From Podospora anserina (lineage: Eukaryota): a stretch of DNA of 64,000 bases. Within the stretch, counting starts at the first letter, position 1. Every line of letters begins with the position of its first letter. The stretch is taken from assembly GCA_017654855.1 (NCBI GenBank), contig CM030333.1, positions 3,100,001 to 3,164,000 of the forward strand, written 5' to 3'. This document shows positions 49,184-62,140 of this stretch, one piece after another. Made by a program: the position numbers and the translations under genes. Under the pieces are notes generated by a model. That model did no database searches. It had not been told where the DNA came from and saw nothing but the letters and a program-made list of their open reading frames with translations.

Positions 49184-49427
49184 CATACTGGCTTCACCTC
49201 AACTACCTGTCGGGATCCCAAACCCACCAGCGGCGTAAGTTCCCAACCCATCAATTTAGCTACCAGTCCCCCGAAAATACCTTTCCTGTCAGTGACCTCC
49301 CATTGCCTATCCTGTCTGCGACCGCAGCTGGCAACGTATCCCATAATCCTCCAAATCCTCAGCCTTTCTTGACGACCTCCCAGCCATACCATCGGGTCAT
49401 CCTGGCCATTGATGCTTAAGATTACAA

Positions 49428-50112
49428 TCATTGTTGCCATCCCAGTGGCCCCAAAGACCCGAGAGGCAAGTCTTTGGGCAAGAAGGGCATATGCTTCGTG
49501 CGTTGAGGAGCGTGTTTCGCCCCGCGCCCCCCTCCTTGCGTCTCCCTTCCTTGCGCACCCGGTTCGTTTCCCGCTCCATAGCTATCATATCTTTGACTTC
49601 CAGCACCATGTTGCCTGCCAGGTGCCGCTGCTGTTCCATTGGATGACCTGCTCGTAGCACCAGGGCTACTCGGCGCTGATATTAATCTGCCGCCATCCTC
49701 TTCCAGGGAATGGCTGAGAGGATCTGGATATGACCAATTGGCGCTGGTGGTAGATGGGGCGGCGGGGTGGGTAGTTGTTGGGTGACACCCATATTGTGGG
49801 CCAACTTGGGGCTCTGGTTTCATTTGTTTCGAGGATCCATGTTGTGCGCCAGTTGCTTTCTTCGTTGACGGTTTGTTCGATGTGATAGACGAACTCGGCG
49901 CCCGGGCTTTGTTTCCATTCCAGGTTTTGGCGAGTAGGCTGAGTCGACAGAATGTTTCTCTGGAGACTTCCTACCTGGCTGACTGGTTGCCATGCAGGGC
50001 TGTCACTTTCGTTTGTTTCTAGGGTGATATTAGAGGTATGCAAAGAGCTGCTTTTAGAGAATGAAGACTTGCCAGATTGACTTAGGGAGTTGTCGGGAGT
50101 GAGAGTCTTCAT
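49428..50112 (-). CDS. Possible hypothetical low-complexity protein or degraded gene
   Basis: cacaATG with TATA upstream; overlapping ORFs need a frameshift to join. Confidence 0.3.
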
Positions 50113-51365
50113 TGTGAACGGTGGGGGAGGAGGGTGGAATGGAGATCAAGAATGATACCTAGATGCGGACTGGTTCTGTTGGTGATAGCGGGGAGCAAGA
50201 CTGAGAGGGGAGAGGGCTTTCAGCACCTGGTGTATGTGATCTCTTTATACACGTTCCCCAGGTGACAGAGTTTCCCAGTGCGAAGATTCAGTTTGAGACT
50301 TGGTCCAGTAGGTCCACTTCCTGCAAGTCACGCACGCAGTAGGGCTCGCAATCAGCAACCTGGGAACGGATGTTTATGAGTTGTCGTCACGGCGAGCCTC
50401 GCGCCACAGAAAGCTCAGAAAAAGCTTACAAGCTGCCGCTGGCCTATGCTGTCCAGAACAGAGAGTGGTAAGTACTCTTGGCCGCATTCCATCCTCGTGA
50501 CACACATTCGCCCAAATCGTAGTCCTCACCGCAAGACACATTGTTGTGAGGTTGGCAAGTTGGGTATTGCTATAGGCCGATGGCCTGGGTAGTTTGAAGG
50601 TTTGATGGACAGGGCAATACGAAGAGTCTAGGGATGTGGCTGTCCCGGAGGCCTTTCCAGAGGCCGGTTGTCCGTAAAGGTTTCCCTTTCCACGTGTATT
50701 TATGGGAGTCCGCTCCCACCCAACGGACTTGTTTTCATTTTCTCTCTAACAGTCGATTCAATCCTTTATTACAGCTTGAATTCCCACATAGGACCGAGCC
50801 CATATCAGGTATGACGCATTGACGTTGATATCGGTAACAACGCGAATGCGAGTGGCATTCAATCATGGGTGGGAGAGAGAGCAAGTAATGCGGTTAACGC
50901 CATGTTGTAGGACACTTACAAATGCCAACCGGAATTGTCTGTGATGTGAAGCAGTATGGCTATGATCACCATCATCCCCTCATACACATATAAATCCCGT
51001 GCGAAGGTCCTAAACCTCACCCAACCCGCAGCAGCCCAAAGCCAAGCCTCTCAACCGCAGCAAGCTTTCCCCCTTTGATTGGCCAAGTCCACCAATGTGG
51101 GTCCAATTAAAGCACTCCCTGCATCGTTGGTGTGGGTGGTTTTTGGTGTGGTGACACTCACACCTCACTGGTCCATCGTCCATATCCCACGCTCACAGCG
51201 TCTCGCTTGCGTTGTAGGTAGGTAGTAAACTCACTCAATCTCACAAATCCAACCTCACCGTTTGTTTCTCCCTTTTTCATCCGATCCGCCATACCCGCCC
51301 ACAATCCACTCTAGCTACCTCCTCCACGTCAGCAACACCCCCTGCGTACCAGCATTAGACACAAA

Positions 51366-52322
51366 ATGATGCCATCACCGCCAGAAACGGAACAAGAATG
51401 CGACTCAAAAGACCCGGTGGATATCTTGTCCGACAGGGACCTGGCACGATACATCGCCAAAGCCCGCCAACATCGCGAGTCGGACACGATAGAGAATAAC
51501 ACACTGCTTCTCACTTCCCGATACATCACCAAGTTCTACACCACGCTATCACACGCGAAAGATGTCGAAGTAGCGATACTACAAGCCCACGCGCTGGGCA
51601 TCCGAGTCCCAGAGTTGAAGCGCGTCATCAAAGCAAAGGATGGCACCTATGAGTGCATAATGACACGGATACAAGGCGTGACATTAGAAAGTTGCTGGCC
51701 GGACTTATCCCTCTTCACCACCATCCGACTAGCCGTCCAACTGCGAACAATAGTCCAAAGAATGAGAAGGATGACCCGACCAACGGCTGGCTCGTTGGGG
51801 ACAGGGATATGCAGGAGTTTCTGGCTGGAGGAGTTTTACGGCGTGCCATCGCATGCCTCTGCCGCGGTGGTGGGACAAATCGTCAATTTCTGGTGCGGGT
51901 TTCAGAGTTATGGCCGGGAGAGGAGAAAAACACTGGCTGAGCACAGAGAGAGTTGTGAGATGGTGGAGCAGGACGCGAGAGGGCAGGAGTTGGTGTTTAC
52001 ACACCACGACCTCGCCCCGAGGAATATCATCGTCGAGTCGGGGACGTCAAAACTGTGGCTGGTAGACTGGGACGAAAGCGGCTTTTACCCCCGATACTTT
52101 GAATACGCCGGCATGAGAAACCTCGAGTACCCGCCAGAATGGGGCTGGTACGGCGAGTGGAGGTGGAAAATATTCTGCTGGATCGTCGCCGGGTTTTGTT
52201 CCTACGACAAACAAGCCGAGATGTTGAGGGATATCAGACAAAAGGCCGGGAGGTTCCCAGGAGGGAGGAGGTTCAACATCAAAGCTGGGGTGACGCCTTC
52301 GGAGAGGCCAGTGGATGATTGA
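51366..52322 (+). CDS. Aminoglycoside-phosphotransferase/choline-kinase-like protein, 318 aa
   Basis: IRVP, MTRIQG..L...W, FTHHDLAPRNI, LVDW..SGFYP.YFEY. Confidence 0.9.
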   Translation: MMPSPPETEQECDSKDPVDILSDRDLARYIAKARQHRESDTIENNTLLLTSRYITKFYTTLSHAKDVEVAILQAHALGIRVPELKRVIKAKDGTYECIMTRIQGVTLESCWPDLSLFTTIRLAVQLRTIVQRMRRMTRPTAGSLGTGICRSFWLEEFYGVPSHASAAVVGQIVNFWCGFQSYGRERRKTLAEHRESCEMVEQDARGQELVFTHHDLAPRNIIVESGTSKLWLVDWDESGFYPRYFEYAGMRNLEYPPEWGWYGEWRWKIFCWIVAGFCSYDKQAEMLRDIRQKAGRFPGGRRFNIKAGVTPSERPVDD

Positions 52323-52566
52323 TGAGTGGTACCAAAAATGGGCGTTGTTGATGATGAATTGAATAAAACGCAGATGTCGTGTACGCATGCTCGAAAATCA
52401 GTCATAAACTAAATGAATGACAAATGAAACTCCTGAGCTCCAAAACCATGCAACCCTTCGTCTGCAACAAAGCTCTTCTCCAATAAAGTCTGCTCCAACT
52501 CCGCTGGTTATGCAAAAAAAAAAAAAAGCAATGCCCGCTCTGAATGCTCTCTTTCTGTCTCCTCTC

Positions 52567-55223
52567 TCATTCATCCTCATAAATCTCCACATCATGTGCC
52601 GGTGACCACCCGTTCGGCTCCTCGCTTCCCAAAAACATCACCTCTGGCCCCATCTTGGGCGGAACAATCTTGGACGTGACCTTGTTGTTGATGCCGCAAA
52701 TACCCATGCTTCTTGTGTCCCATCGGAAGGGAGCCGATGCCCCCTCGCGGCTCCAGTCAACATCGCTAGAGAAGAAGTTGGGTTTCTCCGAAGGTAAACC
52801 TCGCTCGAGCATCTCGGATTTGCACGGCTGCGTGACGGTGGTGGGCTCGGCGGTACCGCGAGCGTTAGGGTCTCCCCAGGGCCGGCAAAGCGCGTAGAGA
52901 AGTGAGACGGATAGCTTGGCCAGGTCAGGGTCGGCGTCCTTGGGGATGCGGAGCAGATACTCCCACTTTTCCGACGGGGCGCTGGGGTGTTCAGAGGTAT
53001 TGCTGGACACCTCCGGCTCCGGGGTGGCTGCAGGGTCTTCCACAAGGTCGGGTGGCGGAGGAACCCAGTCCTCAATCCGTTGTCTGTCAGATCGGCATGT
53101 TTCACCGAATTCCAGGAGCTTTTCGTAAATACTGGACAATCTGATAAGGAAGCGCAGGGCGACGGGATCAATGGTTCCGCAGTAGCGAAGGACATCGAGG
53201 CAGCCTCGGGCCCTGTTCATGTCCTCAGTCCACGATAACTCGGGATGCTTATGAAGCATCTTCTGGGCGGCCGAGTGCAGGATAACGACACATGATGTGT
53301 GGGTTTGGAAGCTGTGGGGACAGGTGGTCAGCATGATGACAAGCAGGAAAATAATTGTCGACCAGCTAATGACTTACATGACCAGCCAGCAGCGCTTGAA
53401 AATGCCTCTATCAGCGTAGAGGAGCCCAAGGATCCGAGCGGAGTCCCTGCCTGCCTCCACACCCAATTTGACCAGCTTGATAACAGTGGAATTATTGGTG
53501 TCTAGGAGACTCTCGTCCCCTGCCTTGATAGACCGAATCGTCTGGGCAGCTAGCCTGCGATAGACCAGTATGAAAGCACCAAGGTAGAGTAGATGAATAT
53601 GGTAAATGGACCAACGGGCATGCGGTGAGATGTTGAAGTTGCCTAGGTTTGTCAGTTGCATATCGGATGGGAGCTTTCCGTGCCAGTCCTCAAGCTGCTT
53701 GATGATACCATCCATACCGCCGGTGGTGATGTCTTTGTAAGCCAGACGATTCTTCAAGATTCCTGCCTTGAGTAAGGATATCTTGGTCATTTCGGTTTGA
53801 ATCCCTGAGGCTTGTCAGTAAAGCGGCAGGATCATGGTCGTGGGAAGCATAGATGACCTACTCTCCCCAAGTTCCTTTGTGTAAATGTCGACTTCGTTCT
53901 CTGCAAGCTGTTTTTTACATCAGCATGGCGAATTCGGCAAATAGGGGACCGGGGCCATGGTCTTACTGGCACCACTTTCTCAAAAGCCGAGTCATCAGCG
54001 CCGGAGATGTAGCCAAGGGTAGAGGCAAGCCAGCTGTTGAAGAACATCAAAGTCCTCCAAGTTTTTCTGAACTCAACCCATTCCTGCTCGGTCAACTGGT
54101 CGGCGTTGCAGACTCCAGCAGTGTCGCTTTGTCGGTGGCACATGGTAAGTCCTGTCTCGATGTATGCCAGAGCAACAGTCCCCTTGTTGTTGATATTGTA
54201 CATGGCAAGCAAGGTGCAGACTTTGATGGCCAGCAAGGGCCCAAACTCGAGGACATCCGTGTACAACAGGCGAGCAGCAGAATAGAGAAGTTCATCTGTC
54301 CCTTTTTCGAACTCATTGGGGTTGTATTGGACACCGATGGCTGCGACGATGGCGAGGCAGCCAATAGAGACCCGTTCGTCAAGCTTGGGGCGGTTGTCCA
54401 AACCGAACACTGCCCTATGATGCTGATTGACCTGTTCGACTGTGAAGACATGAAACAGTTTGCCGCTCGAGCTGTAGAAGCTCTGGACACCAGCCCACAT
54501 TGTTTTTGCACTGGGGAGGGCAGCGAGATACAAGTTCACCGGGTCGTGTAGCCTTGCTGACACGGATAAAGCCACCAACGTCGAGGGGGAAGATGTCGGC
54601 GCCCATGAATCCACGGAACCTGTCCGAGAGCCGGCAATGGAAGTGACGGGGCCGGACAGCCTGCTGTTGCTGGAGCCAGAGCCAGATTCCGTCACGCTTG
54701 GAGCGACGGCTGCCGGAGGGCTTTGAGATTCGCCGCCGCTATCGGTACCGCCGAGGACGACGGCGGGATCATCTCCGGTACGGATGCGCTGTAGCAGCTC
54801 TTCGGCCTCCTCGCTGGACTTGTACTGCAGCGCTCTCATCAGTTTCTCAAGCGCTTCGAGGCGCGCTTGCTTAGCCGCCTGAAGGGACTGGCCCTCCTCT
54901 CCCTCGTAGCCGCAAGGTTTGTCCTTGGAAGCGCATCCTCCGCATCTCGGACGCGCGCCATCACACTGGAGCCGGCAGAAGAAGCAAAGGTCAGATCACT
55001 GCTGTTTAAGTACCCGGTGATAACGGAGGTTGCTTACTCTAGCTTTGAAACGCCGACACGTGTGGCAGGCCTGGGTGACGGCCTTGAGGCGTTTCGTCTG
55101 CCGGCGGCTCCCCCCGCTGAAGATCGACGACGGCCCTGAACGTGGGCCGGAGAAAACTCCGTCCGTCTCTCGTTTGACAGAAGCGGGCTGGATGGGTTGG
55201 TAGGTCGTTGGTGGCGGGGCCAT
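52567..55223 (-). CDS. Zn2Cys6 transcription factor with fungal-specific TF middle domain, multi-exon
   Basis: ACHTCRRFKAR|CDGARPRCGGCASKDKPCGY; downstream helical exons separated by canonical introns. Confidence 0.9.
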
Positions 55224-57277
55224 CTCCGGAGAGCGGCTGTTTGGATCACTGACCAAAGTCCGTCGGATCGCGCGTTTTGTGCTTGGGAGTGGGGCTGTCT
55301 AGGGCACGTCGCTAGGCAGCTTATGTCTAGAGCGGTGGACTCCGCGGACATCAACGGGGTTTAGGGGTTTAGAGATTCTTGGAACTTGTCGGTATGGAGT
55401 AAAACAAAAGGCAACAGTCGATGCGGTTTTTGTCAGACGGAGAAACCTACCATGGTAGATCTCCTGAGGGAAGACACACACCGCGAGCTACGACCACGCA
55501 GGATTAAAACGCGGGGAAACCTGGCCGGGAAACGAGAATTGTATGGAGAAGACATCCGCCCCCCTCCCAAGACTTTTTGCAACAAAAATAATTGCAAATT
55601 TGATGGCCGCCCACTCGCCCACACACACCTTCGACGCCTCCTATTGCTTGAACATGCAGCCAGCGTCATCTTCAACCCCGCCGGGATTGATTAGGGCTTC
55701 CGGCTGACCAGGGGCAGGGCAGAGGGGCTCGACGCACCGTCGACGGGTTCGAAGGTGGCGTCCCCTTCGTGCAGCAGCGACATGGGCTCGGAAGGCGGCT
55801 GGCGTGGGCCGGAAAAGCAATTCGTGCGTGTCTAAGTGTCAGGCCGGGCCGTGGTATTGGGCAGGTGTTGGCGACCTTCAGGCTCGACTTTTGACTGCCT
55901 TCTTCTCCACTTCTGGGCGAGACATTTCGCCAGGTCACACCTGATGGCCGCCTTTGCTAGCGGTGTGCAGTGACCCTCCTTCCATTTTGCACCACATACA
56001 GGAAGGCACACAATGCCAATGTCCGCATCATAGACAAGCCGCCACCGCGCTGTGTATTTCGCTATATCTAATCATGAAAACTCCCTAAGCATCATTCCCT
56101 GAAACCATGAATGAAGCTAATAGCAATATCCTCCCCGATCATCCCCCCAGCCCTATGCTCAAACAATCTGCAGGCCAGCCTCCTTCATTCAGATAACACT
56201 AATGCAAGACTGAGTATTGGTGAAAAAAGGGCGAACCTGACCTTGTAGAGGAGTGCTAAAAATGAGGAAACAATGGTTGATCGGGTTCGTTTTAGACTGG
56301 AGTGATATGTCCAACTATGACCGCCATAAGATGGTGGACATCTTCTAATCGTTCCAATCCGCTGACAAAGTCTCCTTCCAAGCAGCATCGGCGAAAAATG
56401 CATAAAAACCAAAGTACGTGCTAGCTATACTAGCTGTTGCACCACTGTAAACGCTGATGAGATGAGCAGCACGGAATCTGGTTTTCGAAAGGAGTAGGCG
56501 TTACAGTGGAGAGCTCGCACGGGAACAGCCGTGGTGGTGTCGGAATAGAACTATATAGATTGCATCAAGATGTTAGAGAATGTTTCTATAGCGAAAGCGT
56601 ACTTTGCTTACCACAATGAGTGGTCCGAACACCACGCTGGAAGAACTTGCTCATCATTGCGGCTGGGATTGTTGAAGATGGGAAGAGGAGTTTATAAACG
56701 ACCGACTCAGTCGGTTGTAACTACTGGAATGGCGGAAAGTGAACTTGTGATAAGAAGCGAATTGGCGAAAAGTGACTTGTGTTGATAACTTGAACCGTTG
56801 ATGGGTTACTGTTGTTGGTCAAGGAGAAGAAAAGTTGAAGCTGAGAAGAAGCTGAGTCCAGATTTTAAGGATGGCCCCGACCAAGACTGAGCAAAGTATG
56901 GTGTGTGTGGACGTGCGCCTGAAGGGAAAAGCTGAAATCTCATTGGTCTCGTTTCATAAAGTTAAAAGTCACTTCTATCAGAGGCGAACCCCAACCCTCG
57001 TGCTGTAATCTGCATCTGCCCTCTTGTTGCCCTCCGTCATCATGTGCTCACGGAAGAAATATGGCTAATTTCATTGGGAGCTTCACGGTGAGCACTTCGG
57101 TGGCGATGTGGGTTATAGAAAGAAATATGCCGAGGACTGCGAAGTGAATAACATCAATCCTGCACCATGAAACCATTGTCCAGAAGACCTTGTATGTTGA
57201 GGCCTTCTACTTCGTATGCGAGTATTCAAGCTCGAAACCTGTCTCCTCAAACCCGTTTCACGAGACACTCGTCCAAA

Positions 57278-58720
57278 ATGACCACTAAGCCACAACCCCT
57301 GGCCCCCCCCCCTGAAAATCACACCGTAGAGCTTCTCCGCCGGCACCTCACACCCGTCCCACCCATCTCACAATCCTCTTCAACCCTCACCGACTTCTTC
57401 GCCCCCTTTGCCCACAACGACACCAAAATAATCCTAATCGGCGACTCCACCCACGGCACCTCGGAATTCTACCAAGCCCGCGCCGAACTCACAAAGTACT
57501 TTATCCAACACTACGGCTTCAACATTGTCGCCGTAGAAGCCGACTGGCCCGACGCCGAAGCCATCGACAAACATGTCCGCCCTCGCTCCCCATCCGCTCC
57601 CTCCCTCACCCAAGACAGCGAGAAGCCCTTTCAGCGCTTTCCCACTTGGATGTGGCGGAATGTCGAGTTTCAGAACTTTACCAAATGGTTGAAGGAGTGG
57701 AATGAAGGGAAGGACAGCAAGACTGAGGCAGTGGGGTTTTACGGGTTGGATTTGTATTCACTGGGCAAGTCGATGCAAGCTGTGGTAGATTACCTTGACA
57801 AAATTGATCCCGAGATGGCAAAGGTGGCACGAAAAAGGTACGAGAGAATGATGATGTGGGCGGAGGAGCCGCACGAGTATGGGCTGGAGGCGCTTGCGGC
57901 TGGGTTTAAGGGATGTGAGAAGGATGTGATGCAGATTTTGAATAGCTTGCTGAGGAAGAGGGTTGAGTACGAGAGCATGATTTGGGATGGGGAGGAGTTT
58001 CATTCTGGGGAGCAGAATGCGAGGTTGGTCAAAGGTATGAGGAACGTCAAGACGACTGTCACGCTGAAGCTAACCGGAGTATTAGATGCGGAACAATATT
58101 ACAAAGCGATGTTCTACGGCCGCGACGAGTCATGGAATCTGAGAGATAAACACATGTTTGAAACCTTGAACCGAATCATCAAGCACCGATCGAGGAGCAC
58201 GCCGTCCAAGGCCATTGTCTGGGCGCATAACAGCCACATTGGCGATGCGCGTGCCACCAGTATGGGCTGGTCGAACGATGAACTCAATATCGGGCAACTC
58301 TGCAAAGAGGCCTACGGAGATCAGGCCCTTACCATAGGTTGTTTGACCAACACCGGAACAGTCGCTGCTGCTCGCAAGTGGGATGGAGATATGCAAGTCA
58401 TGAAGGTACGACCTGGTCTGCCAAACAGCTACGAACAGTTAATGCACGCCACAGCTGTCAAGAACTTTGTTCTGGACCTGCGAGTTGGTCATTGCAACGA
58501 GGAGCTGATAAAGGCGCTCATGGAAAAACGGTTGGAGAGGTTTGTTGGAGTCATTTACGCTCCTGGCACCGAGAGGCAGTCGCATTACTCCCATGCTGTT
58601 TTGCCTGAACAGTTGGATGGTTTTATCTGGTTCGATGAGACCAAGCATGTCGGGGCACTCGAGGTGCACCAGCCCCATACGACAGTCGAATTTGATGAGA
58701 CCTGGCCATTCGGTTTGTAA
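57278..58720 (+). CDS. Erythromycin-esterase (EreA/B-like) family protein, 1 intron (~58034-58086)
   Basis: LIGDSTHGTSEFY, AVEADWPD, GFYGLDLYSL, SWNLRD.HM, VWAHNSHIGDARAT. Confidence 0.92.
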   Translation: MTTKPQPLAPPPENHTVELLRRHLTPVPPISQSSSTLTDFFAPFAHNDTKIILIGDSTHGTSEFYQARAELTKYFIQHYGFNIVAVEADWPDAEAIDKHVRPRSPSAPSLTQDSEKPFQRFPTWMWRNVEFQNFTKWLKEWNEGKDSKTEAVGFYGLDLYSLGKSMQAVVDYLDKIDPEMAKVARKRYERMMMWAEEPHEYGLEALAAGFKGCEKDVMQILNSLLRKRVEYESMIWDGEEFHSGEQNARLVKGMRNVKTTVTLKLTGVLDAEQYYKAMFYGRDESWNLRDKHMFETLNRIIKHRSRSTPSKAIVWAHNSHIGDARATSMGWSNDELNIGQLCKEAYGDQALTIGCLTNTGTVAAARKWDGDMQVMKVRPGLPNSYEQLMHATAVKNFVLDLRVGHCNEELIKALMEKRLERFVGVIYAPGTERQSHYSHAVLPEQLDGFIWFDETKHVGALEVHQPHTTVEFDETWPFGL

Positions 58721-58938
58721 GTTTGGATGACAAAGAATGCATGGGCAAACTGGCGTTTTGGCGTGGGCTGCACGGCAGGAGGCGTACGTCATCTGATTGT
58801 CAGTGCACGAGCTTGTCCTCAACACGATGTCATTATGAGTTAGCACTCATGTACACATATAAAATTGCAAGAGGAGGGATTTGACGCAGACCTTCTGCCA
58901 ACAGTCTCGAGTCCCAACACACCACAAACACCAATATT

Positions 58939-59432
58939 ATGACTGACCCTGGGAACCGTGAGCGCGGCCTTCGGGCTGCTATCAGCAATCCCCGTGTGTC
59001 GGAGAGGGCCAAACAACGGGACCGAGAGATCTTGGAACAGGAATTCGGTGAATCGTTCGAAACAGATCCAACTTCCGCAACAACAAGTGGCAAAAAGAAG
59101 GCCTCTTCCGAGGAATCAATTCCGGACACATCATCGAGAACATTTCGAGCATCCCAAACATACGGCAGCAGGAAAACACGAAGTTCGTCCAGCGGTGATC
59201 TTGAAACCAGCGCTCCTTCGGCCAGCATGTCATCGACGGTTGATGACAGTAGCATCGACGGCAAGGACAGGGGTAACGTGTAAGTCCCATCGTTCTGCTT
59301 GATGCACGCTGGCCACTGATATCACGAAGTGTTCGGGGCCTCAAAGCGGCACTTACAAATCCTCATGTCTCGGAAAAGGCCAAAGATCGGGATCGCAAGA
59401 AGTTGCAGGAACTAGGGGAGTCAGTAGAGTGA
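58939..59432 (+). CDS. Conidiation protein Con-6 family, two Con-6 repeats, 1 intron
   Basis: PGNRERGLRAAISNPRVSERAK and RGNV|VRGLKAALTNPHVSEKAK. Confidence 0.85.
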
Positions 59433-60158
59433 CAGCCGCCAACTTTGTGTGATCATAAATGCCTTATGCTGTGTTGGGTGCATGGCTGTCACATCGGGTA
59501 ACGAGATACGCGGCCCCTGGAGTTGAACAGATTGGTACCAGAATGGAAATAACGCGCGGCCAACAGGGGGAAGGTAATGGTCAGCCACACTAGATAGGGC
59601 AAAAAAAACCTGTAATCGCTCGGTTCCGACGGCGAGTGATCGCATCGATGAATGGTTCGATGTGGTTGTGTTGTGCCCCACTTTTAACGTCAATCCTCCA
59701 GAAGGCTTGGAGAAACGGTGGGGGAGGGAAGCTAGATCGACCGCCATGATTTCATCCAAGCCTTCGCCGTTCCACTGTGCATCTTTAAAAGAACACGAAT
59801 GTCCATAATCCACAGGTATGGTGTTTGAGAAGGACAGACGCCTTACCACAACTCAGGTACCCGAAACTCGTCCATAATTCTTGACGTTCGACGATAAACA
59901 CAGGCTCAAAATGCACCACGTCGACATGTTGCACCACTGGACGACTCCAGAGAAACATGCACCTGCACCATCGCAACCGGCGGCGGCGCCACAATCGAGA
60001 GGCCCTCCTCCTGGTGCAACTACAAGTTCCTCAACTTCAAATAGCCCCCTCGGCGCCAGCAATCCCAGCTCGAATCCACCACAACCACTATCACCGCCAG
60101 GTAGACTCGCAAGACAGATTTCACGCAGCAACAACAATACGCCGAGACCTTCGACAAG

Positions 60159-60470
60159 ATGGCATCTTCTGAACCTGCCTCCCAGGAGCCAGTCGGTTCC
60201 GAGACCGTTGAGCAGCCCGAATATGCCGCCGTCTCCGATGTTAAGTCCGACGTGAAGGAAGAGGAAGATAAGACTGCGAGTGAGGGGGAGACGAAGCTGG
60301 GTGAGGTATGTTGGTTTTTTTGTTTTCTCGATGTGATGATAGTGTGTGTGCTAACGTTGGGACAGACCGCAGAAGGAGAGGAACAGGAGGGTGAATCTGC
60401 TGTGACAGAGGGGGAGACACAGCAGGAGGAGGAGGTTGAGGAGCGGAAGCCGAAAAATAGATTTTGGTGA
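60159..60470 (+). CDS. Small acidic hypothetical protein, 1 intron (~60306-60365)
   Basis: GTATGT..CTAAC..CAG intron; Glu-rich frame. Confidence 0.6.
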   Translation: MASSEPASQEPVGSETVEQPEYAAVSDVKSDVKEEEDKTASEGETKLGEVCWFFCFLDVMIVCVLTLGQTAEGEEQEGESAVTEGETQQEEEVEERKPKNRFW

Positions 60471-60940
60471 TAGATGCGTTGTGAATTGAATTTTTGTTTT
60501 GCAGCCATGCACGCTTCTCCCTGGAACACAACGAGTGCCATCGGAAGCCGGAGTGAAACAACGGAAGTAAGCCGGACCACGGCCCGGAGCGGAGCGGCAC
60601 GGCGATATCCACTCCCGGCCCCACATCTGACGTTCAACCGCTCTTGCCTTTTCGGGAAGTGGTGATGTCATGACCGGGGCAAACTCTCCAGCGTAATTGA
60701 CTGTTTGAACGACTTGATAACGTCACGATGATAATGCGTTTTTGGTGGAGGTGGTGCCTGAAGGAGATATATGGGACTTCCTTGAACGGTTTTGGGTCCT
60801 TGCATTTTCATCTCATCTCATCTCAACTTAACCATCAACACCATCTGTCCTTATTGACCCTAACGACATCACACATCTTACAACACCCCACAGCAATCAC
60901 CTCTACGAGATAATAACAGAAAACAGAAACAACGACGAAC

Positions 60941-61942
60941 ATGCAATCCGTCCTCCAATCCACCACCGGCCTCGGCCCAACCCCCGTCCACCCCTCCAAC
61001 CTGGACGGCAAAGTCGCCATCGTCACTGGCGGCGCCCTCGGAATTGGTTTCGAAGTCTCCCGCGCCCTCGCCAACGCCGGCTGCAGAGTGATTATGGTCA
61101 ACCGCAAAGAAGAGCAAGGCGACGACGCCATCTCCACCATCAAGTCGGAGTCGCCGAATGCGCAAGTCGAGTGGAAGGGCTGCGACCTCGGCTCGCTCAA
61201 GGAAGTCAGAGAGGTCTTCTCCGACCTTCGAAACTCGCTCAATCGGTTGGATTACTTGGTTTTGTCGGCGGGGATCAACACTAATCAGTATGGGCTTGAT
61301 GCCGATGGGATTGACAGGCACTTTGGGGTGAACTTTCTGGGGCACTTTTACGCGGTGAATCAGCTTTGGCCTTTGCTGCGCAAGACGGACAAGGTGCTTG
61401 GGGGAAAGCCGAGGGTGGTATTTGAGGCGAGCGAGATGCATAGGGGGGCGCCGAAGAATGTGCATTTTGCCAGTTTGGAGGAGATCAATGATGAGAATTT
61501 GGGGCCGACGGAGTTGTATGCGAGGACGAAGCTTGCCCTGATTTTGTTTGCAAAGTATGGGCTTGCCGGGAAGGTGATTAAGGAGAATGGAGATGGGATT
61601 ATTGCTGTTTCGGTGCATCCTGGGGCGGTCAATACTGCGATGCAGCAGCAGTGGAAGGATGCATATCCGGGGATTACGGGCAAGTTGCTGACGTGGGCGA
61701 TGTTGGCGTTTGGGAGGGATGTGGAGCAGGGTTCTTATAGTGCGTTGTGGGCGTTGACGAGTCCTAAGATTGAGGAGGAGAATATGAATGGGTGGTACTT
61801 TAATGATCCTGATACGCCGGGGAAGGAGTCGGCGCAGGCTTCGGATGAGAAGTTGGGGACTGCATTGTTCGATTTGTCGGAGAGGATTATCAAGGAGAAG
61901 GTTGGAGAGGATGCTCTTGTTGACTGGAAGGAGTGTGCTTAA
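60941..61942 (+). CDS. Short-chain dehydrogenase/reductase (retinol-dehydrogenase-like), 333 aa
   Basis: VAIVTGGALGIG, FGVNFLGHF, YARTK, SVHPGAVNT. Confidence 0.95.
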   Translation: MQSVLQSTTGLGPTPVHPSNLDGKVAIVTGGALGIGFEVSRALANAGCRVIMVNRKEEQGDDAISTIKSESPNAQVEWKGCDLGSLKEVREVFSDLRNSLNRLDYLVLSAGINTNQYGLDADGIDRHFGVNFLGHFYAVNQLWPLLRKTDKVLGGKPRVVFEASEMHRGAPKNVHFASLEEINDENLGPTELYARTKLALILFAKYGLAGKVIKENGDGIIAVSVHPGAVNTAMQQQWKDAYPGITGKLLTWAMLAFGRDVEQGSYSALWALTSPKIEEENMNGWYFNDPDTPGKESAQASDEKLGTALFDLSERIIKEKVGEDALVDWKECA

Positions 61943-62140
61943 GTTGGGGTGGTGTGAGGGGTGCAAGACGCTTGTATGATAGACATGAGATGGACAGAGA
62001 GCAATCGAGCATTGTCACTGATCACCAAAAAGGGTTATATGCGCCTGACAAAAGTCCAGCCATCCATCTAACTCTTCTTCATTATCTTGGTGTGTCTATG
62101 CACAGAATCCTCCATCCGGTATTACTGTGCAACAGGACAA

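Noticed and set aside
56590-56660. Box C/D or U3 snoRNA (ATGATGA followed by an intron)
   Set aside because: No convincing box D/terminal stem or U3 box A seen
60878-61966. 362-aa antisense ORF (and similar shadows at 9938-10507, 53853-54551, 27536-28063)
   Set aside because: Antisense shadows of well-supported genes caused by codon bias
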